In this document: positions 11,801 through 24,365 of the stretch, in pieces
Layout of the letters: every line of letters starts with the position of its first letter
How positions within the stretch are numbered: the first letter of the stretch is position 1
Origin: Welwitschia mirabilis
Taxonomy: Eukaryota
Assembly (NCBI GenBank): GCA_051453625.1
Contig: JBOZIK010000001.1
Span: 18,084,970 to 18,124,012, forward strand
DNA length: 39,043 bases
Reading direction: 5' to 3'
The notes under the pieces: model-generated
Databases searched by the model: none
Seen by the model: the letters and a program-made list of their open reading frames with translations, nothing else
Told to the model about the DNA's origin: nothing
Made by a program: the position numbers and the translations under genes

Positions 11801-14020
11801 TACCATTTCTTCAATAACTACTACATCAAAAACTTTGATTTTTTTAAAGATCTTCAAAACTGATTTCTATTACTCCTCTTCTAAAATAAATAGTAGCCTT
11901 TATGGTTAGTTATCTATGGCCTCCCAAGAATCATTGCACAGGTATCTTCTTGAGTTTTCATTACTAGTGAATCTATTAAATAGATAAAACATTAGAATTC
12001 TATGAGTGTATCCTTCAACACTCCTTCTAGCATAACTGTTAAGCCATCTGCTAAGTAAACTTTGCCTTGCCAAGGTATTAATTTTCGTTTTTTTATTTCT
12101 TCATAAGTTTCATAGGCCATAACATTAACACTTGATCCAAGATCTAAAAGTGGTTCTACTTTAATTTTTCCATCTATTTTGACATCTATCATAGGTGTTT
12201 CTAGATCGCTGTACTTTTCATGTTGTCTATTTTAAAGAACTTGTATGAAAGCCTGAGAAACTTAATTCTTTCTTATCATCTGAATATTTTTTCTTTCTTA
12301 TTTTATTTTTCATCTTTCTATTTTAATCACATGTTCTTCATTTATTTTTAATGCATATGTACATCCTATAAAAATTTTGAAAGAGGTATTGATATCTTTG
12401 TGTCTTCTAATATCATTGTTAAATATTCTCTATATTTTTCCACTTTTGAATGTTCCATTTGTTTACTTCTTATTAGAAAAGGTAAAGAATCTACTAAAGT
12501 ATTACCCATCAATTTTCTTTCAAATTTTTCCTCTTCTCTACCTAAGGATTTATTGGGATTTATATTCTTTTTTCATGATCTATTTATCCCTTTCTATTTT
12601 CCAGATCTAGTAGTTATTGCTTTACTTATTGCTTCTCAAGGATTTGGTTGAGATTGAGCAGGGATTTTTTCTTTATTTTTTTCCATTTTTGATTTTTTTT
12701 CCTTGGTCTTTTATATCTCTATTTTTTCAATTTCTATAGTAATCATGTTACTTTTGCCTCTTTTAATTTACATATCTTTGTAAGAGTCTCTCAATTTTTT
12801 CTTTCCATATTCTACTTTAATAAGGATATGATTTCTTTCTAGTTTGAGATTGATTGCTACAATTCAAATTTAATCTACTGATATATAACCACTAAATAAA
12901 TTCTTACATCTAAGGGAATTCTACTTCATCATGATTATCTTTCCTATAGTATTCACATTTAGGTCCTTCTTCTCCCTTGAGCTGTTACATTGCTAAACAA
13001 TCAAGCTTTTCTACCATACTACTAGTTAATTTTTTAGCTACTTCTTCCATAAGACTAATATGTTTTAAGCTATATACACTACCATCTAGCTTTAGATTAC
13101 ACACTTTATTTACCTTTTTCTTTTTTTTCTTTGACCCCATTCTTAATTCATATTATAAAAATGAATGATGGCTTCTTCTACTTCTTGGACATTTTTAGTT
13201 TTAATGCTTCCTCTACACAACAAGTCTAATGTCTTTAATGTCTGACTCTATAATCATTTAAGTAAGGCTCTAACTCATTCCCTAGATGTTATTCCATGAT
13301 TAGGATGTTTGACTAACAGTATGTTATACCTATCCATAAATTCATCAGATCTTTCATTCTCTCTTTATTTAATGTCTAGGATTTGTTTTCTTAAATTTTC
13401 CACCATTCTCATGGATTGAAATTTATCTAAAAAAGCATTATTAAGGATTCTTCATAAACTAAAATCATGATTAGGGTTCTTATGATATCATAATTGAGCA
13501 TATCATGTTAGGGAAAAGGAAAAATATCTCAAAAAGTTAGATTCTGAGTCGAGATAATTAGCTTTACAAAAGGCATCAAATAAACTTGGATGTAATAGTA
13601 GTTATTTTGACTTTTTACCTTTAAAAGTGGGTATTGTGGTAGTATTTATGTTTCTTACTTTATCTAGTTACTATAGGGCTATAGGGTTAATAGGACTNNN
13701 NNNNNNNNNNNNNNNNNNNNNNNNNNNNNNNNNNNNNNNNNNNNNNNNNNNNNNNNNNNNNNNNNNNNNNNNNNNNNNNNNNNNNNNNNNNNNNNNNGTG
13801 GGTATTGTGGTAGTATTTATGTTTCTTACTTTATCTAGTTACTATAGGGCTATAGGGTTAATAGGACTTAAATCAGCTAACTAGTGGGTATCATGGCTTG
13901 ATGGTCTTGAATCTCCATCATCTTTCTAATAACATCTTATTATTACTTTTTTTTTAGGTTTTCTAATCTGAATGTTTTTAGAAGATTTTCTTGGTGAATG
14001 AGGTGATGTAATAAATCTTC
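8830..14020 (-). pseudogene. Degenerate Ty3/gypsy gag-pol (gag, PR, RT, RNase H, INT), non-chromovirus type (element C)
   Basis: PR LLDLGSSVNVM (ORF 11992-12192). RT WVSHITIVPKKGNKWKVYIDFR, FGLCNASSTFQR and LFMDDF (~11006-11023), then VTEGIVLGHKISKNGI. RNase H FHIMIDASKHA. INT core FNVWKIHFIGP...YILVCIDYFPKWAE...YHPQSNDQAKVTNRELNRIL (ORF 9389-9793). Confidence 0.9.
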
Positions 14021-14559
14021 ATAATCATTATTTAACTCTGATCATTAATCTAGAAAATATNNNNNNNNNNNNNNNNNNNNNNNNNNNNNNNNNNNNNNNN
14101 NNNNNNNNNNNNNNNNNNNNNNNNNNNNNNNNNNNNNNNNNNNNNNNNNNNNNNNNNNNNGTGAAAATAACATTAAAAGATAAAACAAAAATAAGCATAA
14201 GCTTTTCTTGAATAATACAAATGTACTTAAATTTTACCTAAACTTGTACTAATAAGAGAATCATTTATTAGTATTTTATTCATTAAGGAACATCAATAAT
14301 AATCATTAAGTCTTATAAACAAATGGATGAATGGAAGGGATAGATGATTAGTGTGTTTAATGAAATGGTCTAAAAATGGAGTGGATGTATGAAAAGGTTT
14401 AAACAGGTAATGGTTTTCATGGTCTTTAGTGAAGAAAACATCATTGGGTATCAATGGAGTTGTTGCATTTTAATAACTACTAATACAAGGAGGTTTTTCA
14501 AAGGTATGAAAAATAAAAGGCTTTCATGGGATGACTTTATACAAAGTTACAAGGACTTT

Positions 14560-16410
14560 GAAAGAGCATGAGGAGTGCAAACAGAAGAGTCTAAATGTTC
14601 AAAATCAGATGAAGTCTAAACTATAGCATTTCTATTCTTTTATAATAATTTATTACAAGGTGAGTCTAAAGAATTAAAATGATTATAAGAAAAATAAACA
14701 TTTGGTTCACTTAGAGGAGGATTAAAATTGTTAACTCCATAACCAAAATCAACATTATTAGTGTCCCCTAGTAATTGAATAGTATTGAAAATATTCAAGT
14801 TCATTATTATATTATCAAATGATATTTTCATTAGGCCATTTTTGTACTTAATAAGAGCATTTGATATTGCCAAAAGTGGTCTACCTAAAATAACTAGAAC
14901 TAAATCATGCTTAGTCAAATTCATTCCTAACATAATGAAGTCTACTAAGAAGTAGTAGTTATCTATTGGTATGATCGCATCTTCAATAATTCTTATTGAT
15001 GATTTTGATGAGTTATTAGTTAATTAAAATTATATTTTTATTCACTTAATATCATTTAGGTCAAGTTCCTTGTAAAATAAATGAGATCAAAGGTTTAGAT
15101 CTAACAAGGCTTGCTTAAGGTGCTTATCTCTAATTGTAATGGCTATTGTTGGATAACCAAGATCTTTATACTTTGGGGAAATCTAATTTTGTATGATTGC
15201 ACTAGTTTGTTGAGCTAGAAAGGCTTTTTCTTAACATGAATTTTCCTCTTAATTATGCATATATCTTTAAGGAACTTTACATAAAAGAAGACTTTTAACG
15301 GCTTGTGATATAGGCATGTTAATTAGCTTAATTAAAAATATCTAAAGCCTCTAGCTATATTTAAGGAACTTCACATAATAGGAAATTTGTTTAATAGATT
15401 CTAGTAGAAGCATATTAATTTTGACTTCTTTGAAAATTTTTAAAGCTTCTAGCTGTTTATTCATAATGTTTTCTTTCATAAGTCATTTAGAAAAGGGTAG
15501 AAGTCATCTATAAGTGGGCAAAGGCTTTTCTAATTTATCTACTATTTTATCCTTCTCATTGTTCTTTCTAGGTGTTGGTTCCTCTTCAAATGGGTTTTGC
15601 TCAATTTGACTATTTTCGATTTCTAAGGTGAATAGCCTTGGTTTCTTCTATTTAGCTAGGTTCTAATTCTTCTATGATTTTAACTCCTTTTGGATCTAGT
15701 TGTGGGCTAATAGGAAGTTTATCTGGTTTTCTTTAGTTTAAAGAAAAGAGGATTTGTATGGTTGTTTGCTAAACTTATTCAAGATTATTCAATAAGAAAG
15801 CCTATTGTTGGTTGAGTAAATTTTGGAATTCATGAGTTTTCTTAAGGTTTCTTCTAATGAATTAGATAACAAGGGTTGGTGATTAATTAATGGAAGGTAA
15901 TTTAAATGGTATTTGTTACATGAAAAAGGATGAGAGAATAATGATGAAAATGAGTTTCTTGGTTGATGGGTATGATTTTGATTGTAAGAGTTATCCTTCT
16001 TTAAAAAAAAAATTAAGATGGTTCCTCTACCTAGGGTTATAGGTATTTGAATAAGGGTGATTTTTATGACTCTATTGATGATGTCCTACAGCATTGACTT
16101 ATTCATTAACTCTATTTTGAAAGAAAGGTATCAAAGGACACTTAACTATTTCATGTGAGTTTATATGGCAGATTAAACATTCTAGTTTGGAGGTTAAGGC
16201 TTTTGGCGAATTGGTGAGAGATTCTACTCTTATTGATAGTTCATATACCTTGTTACTAATATTAAGATTATCACTCTAAAGACACTAGTGAACCTAACTA
16301 ATGGTTGGGATCTACATGGTTTAATTAGATTTTTTGTAGTTTCTAGAACTCTCAACTATGAATTGAAGGGAATTCCAAACTTCATCTAAAGAAAAATTTA
16401 GAAAGCTACC
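14560..16410 (-). pseudogene. 5'-truncated Athila gag plus aspartic protease region of element B; no RT follows
   Basis: GSFLNFSLDEVWNSL, CCHC knuckle CLICHINSHEIVKCP, PYSNTYNPR*RNHLNF (Athila NTYNPGWRNHPNF), PKYKDLGYPTIAITI, ALLDL, and VILGRPLLAISNALIKYKNGLMKISF (ORF 14640-14933). Confidence 0.85.
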
Positions 16411-17378
16411 TGATGAGTGGCTTATATGATAAAATAACTACAAAAAATATAGCAAAACAATATTAAAAACTATAAAATAATGCTAAAAAAGGTAGGTACT
16501 ATGCTACTACTAACTTGAAATAAGAACACATTATTAAATAAAAATACATCAAAGGCTTACTAAAGAACTAATTGAGACTTAACCATTTACTTCAAAATTC
16601 ATCATCACAATAGCGTTGCGATGAAGTTACTTGAACTAGTCAGGTTATTTATTTAAGCTTAATACTAAGTACATATATTACACCAAGGAAGAATACTGAA
16701 AGAAATAAAACATAATAGTAATTATACAAATTTCTAAGTAATACTTATTTCTAAGTATTCAAATTATTCTACTTTATGATTAACTACACAAATAGGAGTA
16801 AGATTGAAGTAATATTATTTTTGAAAGTAATAAAGTAAAGTAAGCACATAATAATACTTAAATGCTTTTCATCTTTATATTTAAATACCAATTGTTACAT
16901 AAAGATGAGTTGATTAACTGTGTTCTCTTTTACAAGTAACACTATGAAATGCGAGAAAATGCTACTGACACCTTTTTAGACTAGCTAGAGTTCCCTAGAT
17001 TAACCTTCTTGACTTGTCTATTCCTATAACCTTTTTGCCAAAAATATTTCTACCTTTGATGGTAATCACCTTCCTATACCCTTGTTACTTTTTTTGTTTC
17101 CATTTTTTACTTTTAAGGAATAGGTATATGGTTTTGGTTGTTATGTTGATTCACTATCTTAACCTTCTCTCTCATCTTCATGTTACTTAGCATCCCGTAC
17201 CTGAAATGTAATAGTGAAATACACACATACTAACCTAATAACATACTAAATAACTAATATATTAATTAGTAAGCATAAAAATAAATAAAAACATTTATTT
17301 GCTAATGAAATATATAGTTGATATAAGGGAAAACACTTTATTAGTAAGCAAAAAATTACATAAAATTCATCCTCATCA
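16411..17378 (-). repeat. 5' LTR of element B
   Basis: Homologous to 1504-2422; termini TGATGAG/CTCATCA form a short inverted repeat. Confidence 0.85.
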
Positions 17379-17823
17379 ATAACCCTTATAAGGGTATGCA
17401 TTTTGATGCTATGCTTTTAAGCACTTATTTGATGTAAGCTTATTGGTGAGCCAGAAAACCATTATTTTCTTATAATAGAGAGAGTGCTATCTTGTGAGGA
17501 GACTGTTACTATTATAAAGGTATATGGCATACATGTGAAAACCACCATTCCCTTAAGACGGAGAGAGTATTATCTTGTGAGAACACTCTTAATTGTTACA
17601 AGGTTTGTGCTAAGCCAAAAAACTACTATTTTTTATAGATTAAGAATATCCAAATGTGTAAGTAGAATCTATCCTTTATGTGTGGACATATCCAAATTGG
17701 AAAATCACATATTTGATAAGGTGTGTTTTAATTATGAATTTCCATACATTTCTATTATTAAGTTAAATAATTTTATTTAGTGAAACTTATTTATCCCTCC
17801 CCTTTGAGTTTAATCAATCCTCA
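17379..17823 (+). repeat. SIRE-like 5' LTR, right part
   Basis: Resumes the alignment with ~23921-24365 (CTTATAAGGGTATGCATTTT vs CTTATAGGGGTGTGCATTTT) and ends ...CCTCA. Confidence 0.9.
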
Positions 17824-17825
17824 AG

Positions 17826-17837
17826 TGATATCAAGGT
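17826..17837 (+). other. Degenerate tRNA-iMet primer-binding site
   Basis: TGATATCAAGGT vs canonical TGGTATCAGAGC is 8/12 identical and all differences are transitions. It lies 2 nt after the LTR end. Confidence 0.6.
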
Positions 17838-17875
17838 CGGTACTCATAAAAAGAATTAACTTCCTTGAGTGAACA

Positions 17876-19640
17876 TGAAAGAGGTGCCATCCATTAGATC
17901 TTTGCTCTTTGATTGGATAAACTATACCTATTAGAAGATGCGGATTCCAGTGTACTTATAGTATTTTGAGTTTTGGGTATGGTAGATCATAGAAGAAAAA
18001 TACTTAGATCCTATGGGGAATGTTACAAATGTTGTATGTAATACCATTACTCATATCAAGAAAAGAAAAGACTAGGTACATGAAGAAAAAGATACTTCAT
18101 ATATAACTCTAAAGCTAAAAATGTGCTTCATTTTGCTTTATCTATAGCAAAGCTTAATAGAATAATAATTGTAGGATGACTCAAGAAATTTGGGATGTTC
18201 TAGTTGGAACATACAAAGGTACATCAGTTGTAAAACAATATAAGCTTCTAGTTTGAACAAATCAGTTTGAGAATCTTAAAATAAATTATGAAGAAAGGAT
18301 TCATGAGTACTTTACTAAAGTTTCAAACATTGTAAATGCAATACGTGACATTGGTGAAGACCTTTCTAAAGTAAAGATAATCCAAAAGGTTAATAGATCA
18401 CTAAACCCTAATGAAGATAGAAGAGTTATAGAGTACTCTTATAGTGTATGAAATAAATCTCATTCAAGATGAAGCCTTAAAAAATAAACCCATTTCACTT
18501 AAGGCAAGCCAAAGCACAAATTAGAGCTTAAAAGAAAAGGTGAAAAAAGAACAAGAATAATATAACTCCAATGATGAAGACAAGAAACTAGTCTTCATTA
18601 CAAAAAGGGTAAAAAGAGTACTTTCACACAAGTACAATAGAAGAGATGAGCTCAAAATATCATCCAAATTTTAAGAAAAAAAGTAGGTCTAAAGATGAAC
18701 CAAAAAATAAAAAAGAATTTAAAAAGAAGATATCATTCTTTATTGGATGGGATCATAATGATGAGACTACAGAAGAAGAAGCATTAGATAATGATAAAGC
18801 ACATCATTCCTATATGGCTATATCACATACTTAATATGAATGCAATATTTCAAAAGAGGAATATGATTTAGATACTAAAGATAAAAGAGGTATGTGCATT
18901 CAAGAAAAATATGAGTTAATTTCTAAAGAGTTTATGAATCTACAAAAATTATGTACAAAGATGAAAAAGTTACTTAATACTCAAGAAAAGGCATATGAAT
19001 AAAAAAAGAATGCTTCCAATAAGTTATCCACTAAAACTCAACTCTTAAAGCCAAGGTTGATAGACTAATATGTGTTTTGAAGAATGTAAGATAGGAACTC
19101 TTAAATTCAAATAAAATCATTGAAAATTTTACACAAGGCAAAGAAACCTTGAATATTATACTTGGCCAAAGTAGAAATCTAAATGATAAGAGTGGCTTAG
19201 GATATAATAAGGCTACAACTATCACTTTAGCTCCTCTATTTGAAAAATGGAATTATAAACCAAGGTATGAGCATTTGACATATACAAAGAATATCATTTA
19301 TTGTTATTATCATTATAAAGATCATTATCAGTACAGATGTCTAATACAATGTAAAGATAGGTATTACACAAGCAATGCCAAGAGGCATGGTAGATTGATA
19401 CATCATTTTATGTAAGACAAAGCAAGAAAAGTTTGGATATCAAAACAAAAATTAGACATTATGACTGACAAAAAGTACAGTTGACACATTACTAATGAGT
19501 ACTCAAGGTATAATAATGATGTTGCAAGCCAATACAACAATGATTTTTTGGTTAATAAGATTGCAAAATGTTAAGGCACTAAACAACACACTAATTTGTA
19601 TAAGAACTTAGAAATTGGGACTTATCCAATTAGGTAAGTA
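17876..19640 (+). pseudogene. Degenerate copia (SIRE) gag with only vestiges of pol
   Basis: N-terminal motif resembles RPPLFxGxNYxYWKxRM (NYTY*KMRIPVYL). Also seen are a UBN2-like region, ILGQSRNLNDKSGLGY, a Zn-knuckle relic CYYHYKDHYQYRC and a WIxK motif. Many stops and frameshifts; no INT or RT motifs found. Confidence 0.8.
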
Positions 19641-20376
19641 AAGTAAGCAACATTCTTAACATCTCAACTCCATTGCATTTATCTTATGAGTTGAAATTAT
19701 GATTAGATGTAGTTTGTATAGTTAAAAGTTAAATTATTTGTGTGATTTTTAGCTTCTTAAAGTGTTATTATTATGATTACAATATTCATATATTTTTTTC
19801 AAAAAAAATTAAAAATTTTATTTCTTATGTCTTTAGTTTTATAGATGTATCTAGTAAAGACATCTTAAAATTTGTAGACATCTTGGAATTAGATGTCTTA
19901 ACTTTTGTAGATGTCTTGGAAGGGTAGGTACATTATTTTAATTTTTTCAATTTAGATGTCTTAATTTTTGTAAATGTATTAGCAGTAAGAAAATGTATTA
20001 AAAATTTTTTAACAATAGACATTTTAGAATTTGCATACATCTAGTTTTTCCATTTTATACATTTGAAATTTTGTAGATGTCTTGACTATACTATTGTAAA
20101 AATAAAATGCATCAAAAAAGATAGGTCTTTTACCTTTTTTAATAGCAAAAGGAACTACTAAATCTCATTTTCAAGTCTCCACTCAACATCTATCTCTCTC
20201 AGGTAAATTTCTAGACTACATTTTCTTAGAATTCTCTTAGTAGACATCTTGGATTCTTGGGACATCTCAATAGCAGAAAGTAACAATTATTTTTTATGAA
20301 TAGGTGTGTATGTTTTCATAGCTTCTTACATTTTAGTTAATCTTTTTGTTAACCCTTAATTTTATTTTGTAAAAAA

Positions 20377-22098
20377 TAGCAAGAAGAAAGGCAACAAGAA
20401 CCTCCAGGGTTAAGGAACAAGCCTTAAATTAATCAAGATTATAATATGAACCATAGTTCTATCAGGAGGTAGAAGAAAGAAGATTTAGAACTTGATCCAA
20501 AAAATCAATCATTATAGAGAGAACCCTTATATCTTAGAGAAGGTATAGATAGTACTCATGAGTTACTTTATTCAGCTTAATTGAGAAATGTAATATAGCT
20601 TATTCAGTTTGTTTATGATCTTATGGTAAAAGAATTCTATACTAATATTCATGAAATTGATGATAGTCTTGGTGCATTTCAAACTCAGATTGGACGTACA
20701 AATTTGCATATAGTTCCATGCTTTATCAATTCACTACTTCACATAGATGATACATCTATTCTACAGTTTTATAGTAATTTTTTAAAGAAATGTTTAATTC
20801 TAAAGTTGTCAATGTGTCTCAGCATTAAATAAGCAATGTTTTATTTAGGACTAACAGAATGAACTTTGTTAAAGATATTGAAAGAAAAGACATGATTTCT
20901 AATGCCTTAATTCTCAATTTAGTAACTTTCTACAACATTTTAATTAGAGAAGGTAGCTATAGTTATTGTAAATCCATGCAGACTTTCATTATATATTATT
21001 TAATCATTGGTTTTTAAATAGATTTGGATTTTATTTTGTGTATGAATATCATTTTATTATTTACAAGGGACAAGCCTTAGGTAATCCATGTCTTATTAGC
21101 TTGATCATGAGCCATGTAGGTGTTTTAGAGTCATAAGTTAACCTCATACATTAGAATAAATCATTAGTAAAATTTAGTGAAAAATAGAGAGCACTAATGA
21201 TACTAGGTAAAGGCACAAGTAGGAGGACTTTATAGATTTAAAGATTATTTTCCGCTACTACTTACAACTCTTCTTTATAAAAAGGGATTAAAGGCAATCA
21301 CAAAAAGGACTAGAAAAACTAAAAGAAACTTGTTAAGATTAAGAAAACACAAATCCACTACAAGTGAAGGAGAGGCACTGGTAGAGATCTTGGAATCCAT
21401 AAGAACTCGCACATGGTCAGACTTAGAGGAGGAGTCAAATGAAGAAAAAAAGAACCTTCAACTCCATTTGGTATAATTTGTAACTTAGGCAAGATAGTAA
21501 ATAGTAAATCTTCAAAAGAGTCTTTCAGGGATAAGGCATAGACTCATGGAAAGTACCAAACTTCCATAGAGGCACATGTGCAGGGGGAGCCATAGGCTCT
21601 AAGTCCTTCACAACAGAGGCCAGTATCATAAGAGATAGAGTCTGAGATCTTAAATGATCCACTTTTTATTTTTCATTGTCCTTATTATAAGATTTTATTT
21701 CACCATCCTATACAGCCACCATTATCATCTAGATCCTCATCACCACCATGTACATCTTCACCACCTCCGATGTATCCACCATCACCATCACCTTCTTACA
21801 TGGAGCCTATTTAGGTAGAACTCATCTCATCTGTATAACTCCCATCATCATTTTTAGAAACTATTATTACCAATTTATTTATAACTTTTATCAATTTTTA
21901 AATGTATCAATGTATGAGGCAATAAGCCTTTGAGGGTTCTAGTGAGACCTCATAGTGTTCTTCTAAGAAGAGGCACACTCTACTTCCCACCTTCTCATCA
22001 TCATACATCCAACAAACCTTCATCACCCATAATAGTAATGATAGTGATAAAGAAGGTGAAGGTGAGTATTACATAAATGATTCATCTCTCAATGATTA
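20377..22098 (+). pseudogene. Degenerate Sirevirus env-like ORF
   Basis: Lies between the gag/pol remnant and the PPT. Contains VYDLMVKEFYTNI (YPxLVxEFYxN motif) and a later PCLISLIM motif, with a Pro/Ser-rich tail near 21700-21800. Confidence 0.7.
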
Positions 22099-22867
22099 GA
22101 GCCTTTTATAATGTCCAAAAATGGGAAGAAGTATATGAAAAATCATTATCAAATTAGTTAGATACTATAGCTTTTAGGTTAAGAACACTCTATTAGGATT
22201 GGAATTCTTGATTATGAGATTTTAGATTAGATCCATGAGTGCCATTATTTCTATTGATGACCCCTCCTTAATTTTTTGATATACATTTGTATTATTTGAC
22301 ATTTTCTATTATTCCAGCTTATGAATACATGTCTTATGTTTATCCCATTTCTCATGTTAAATATTATGCTTTCATTGGTACACTTTTGAATATGAAATAC
22401 TATGATTATTTAGTGATTAAAATGCTTTCATGTGATGATAATACTTTTCTTTTTTTAACTTTCTCTGATGTGATTAACTATCAATTTTATGAGCACATCT
22501 TTTATCGTAGAGTGTTGGCATACAATTCAATTTCATACTCTAAAATATGGCACATTACCATTAATATATTTTAATTAAGAGATTGTTACTTTTTGTGCTT
22601 TAGTTTTTACATACATATGTGAATGGAAAATACAATTATTTATCATCTATTTTTGTGTATTTTTCAAGTCTCTTAAGATATTCTTAAATATGTCTTATTC
22701 TAGTTCTTCAAGTGGTATATATATCTATGTAATTTTTTTAAATTTCAGATGTTTCATATCATGATTATTGCAACTAGTAATTATACGCATTTTCTAACAT
22801 AAAATGTCTAATTTCAATGGATTAGATGAGATTGCACTAACAAAATATACCAAGTTTTAGACATCAT

Positions 22868-22882
22868 TAAAAGTGGAGAGAT
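22868..22882 (+). other. PPT of the SIRE-like element (second PPT-like motif near 22113-22131)
   Basis: TAAAAGTGGAGAGAT|TGTT resembles the Sirevirus AAAAAGGGGGAGAT|TG junction. Upstream ATGTCCAAAAATGGGAAGAAG resembles the Sirevirus multi-PPT. Confidence 0.7.
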
Positions 22883-24365
22883 TGTTAGTAAATCTAGTTT
22901 TAATGATTTTAATTTTCAAACATTTTATATCATTGTGTAGATAGGTTATTATAGATACATCAGATCTTGATAGGTACTAGATCATGATGGATCTTTAGAA
23001 GAAAAATCTCATGAAACATGTCAGATAATAAACTACCAAATAAATTATTTTAAGATGTTTGAAAAGTTGAAGATGTCTTAAGTAAAGACATCTATAAATC
23101 TAAAGCCATCTTGCATGTACTAGAAAACAAGTGTCATGTTAAAAGATGACTATTGTATTTAAGATAACTAAATTAAATGTTGAACCTAACACAGATAAAT
23201 ATGTCTACATGTTTAAAGACATTTATACTAAGCTAAAATAGGTAACAAAGTTAATTTAGTTTTTGACTAATATTCCATATTTCAGATGGTTTATGAACTT
23301 GTACATCATAGATTCATAATCACAAAGGTTCAAGGATACTATAGAGAAAAATTCATCAAAATCAGAGCAGGTTAACTAAAGACGTCTACAAAAGTGAAGA
23401 TGTCTATAGTGAAGATATCTACAAAATTAAAGATGTCTTAAACCAAAGTTCAAGTCGATTAAAATCAAAGTTATTCCCTTGAATCATAAATGTTAGCTAT
23501 GCATTATACAATGATTACAAAATCAAATAGTTATTTCAAGCTTAAAGGGTTAGACCTTATTCAACCTCATAAAGCCTCGATATTACAAATCTAAGAAGAA
23601 CCTTTTGATATTTCATTGAATCAAATAAATATATAGATCTTCCAATGCACGAATAAAGGGAATCTCTCATTAAAAAAAAAAAATTAAATGATTTATTAGT
23701 AAGGATCTAACATTGCTTTTATCTTCTAATCTTGGATCTTCATTGCTGCATTCTTCATTCATACTTGTGACAACAACAACAACTTCAAAGAGCTTAAATC
23801 TTCATCAAATAAATATCTTTAGGCTTGTTATTGTATTGTATTTTTGGTTTATATTATGGAATATCTTATTGATGAATATTATTATACAGTCCAATTTTTA
23901 AATATCACATATGCTATAAGGCAAATCTTATAGGGGTGTGCATTTTAATACTATACTTCTAGGTACTTATTTGATGTAAGGTCATTGATAAGCTAGAAAA
24001 CCATTATTTTCTTATGAGAAAGAGAGTTCTATCTTGTAAGGAAACTCTCACATTATAAAGATTTGTGGTATACCTATGAAAACCACTATTCCCTTTAGAA
24101 GGAGAGAGTGCTTAGTTATGAGGAAACTCTCATTTGTTATAAGATTAGTGGTGTGATAGAAAATTACTATTTCTTATAGGTTAAGAATATTTGAAGGTGT
24201 GAGTAGAAGCTACCCTCTATGTATTAATGTACCCAGGTTGGGAAACCATGTTATTTGGTGAGGTGTTTTTTTATTATGCATTTTCATGTAGTTTTATTAT
24301 TAGGTTAAATAATTTTATTTGGTAAAACTCATTCACTTCTCCCCTCTGAGTTTAATCAATCCTCA
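22883..24365 (+). repeat. SIRE-like 3' LTR (1483 bp)
   Basis: TG...CA termini, preceded by the PPT and followed by TSD TACCT; homologous to the split 5' LTR. Confidence 0.92.

Larger units (their letters stand above)
1504..17378 (-). mobile_element. Athila-like Ty3/gypsy element (B) with nested remnants, inserted in the SIRE 5' LTR
   Basis: Direct repeats at 1504-2422 and 16411-17378 have TGATG...CATCA termini. Flanks GCAAT/ATAAC fit a decayed 5-bp TSD (GCAAA at the same position in the intact 3' LTR). An Athila-type PPT context lies next to 2422. Confidence 0.75.
702..24365 (+). mobile_element. Sirevirus (SIRE)-like Ty1/copia LTR retrotransposon, non-autonomous, carrying a nested ~15.9 kb insertion
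   Basis: Homologous LTRs start TATTGGTAAATATAG (702) and TGTTAGTAAATCTAG (22883), and both end GTTTAATCAATCCTCA. An identical 5-bp TSD TACCT lies at 697-701 and 24366-24370. A degenerate Met PBS, copia gag, env-like ORF and PPT are present. Confidence 0.9.

Noticed and set aside
13627-13868. Identical ~70-bp direct repeat and 85-aa ORF around a 100-N gap
   Set aside because: Exact identity across a gap in otherwise highly diverged DNA indicates an unmerged contig overlap.
1504-17378. Composite transposon made of two independent solo LTRs carrying cargo
   Set aside because: An Athila-type PPT context abuts the left repeat and neither repeat has its own TSD, so one element with nested insertions is simpler.
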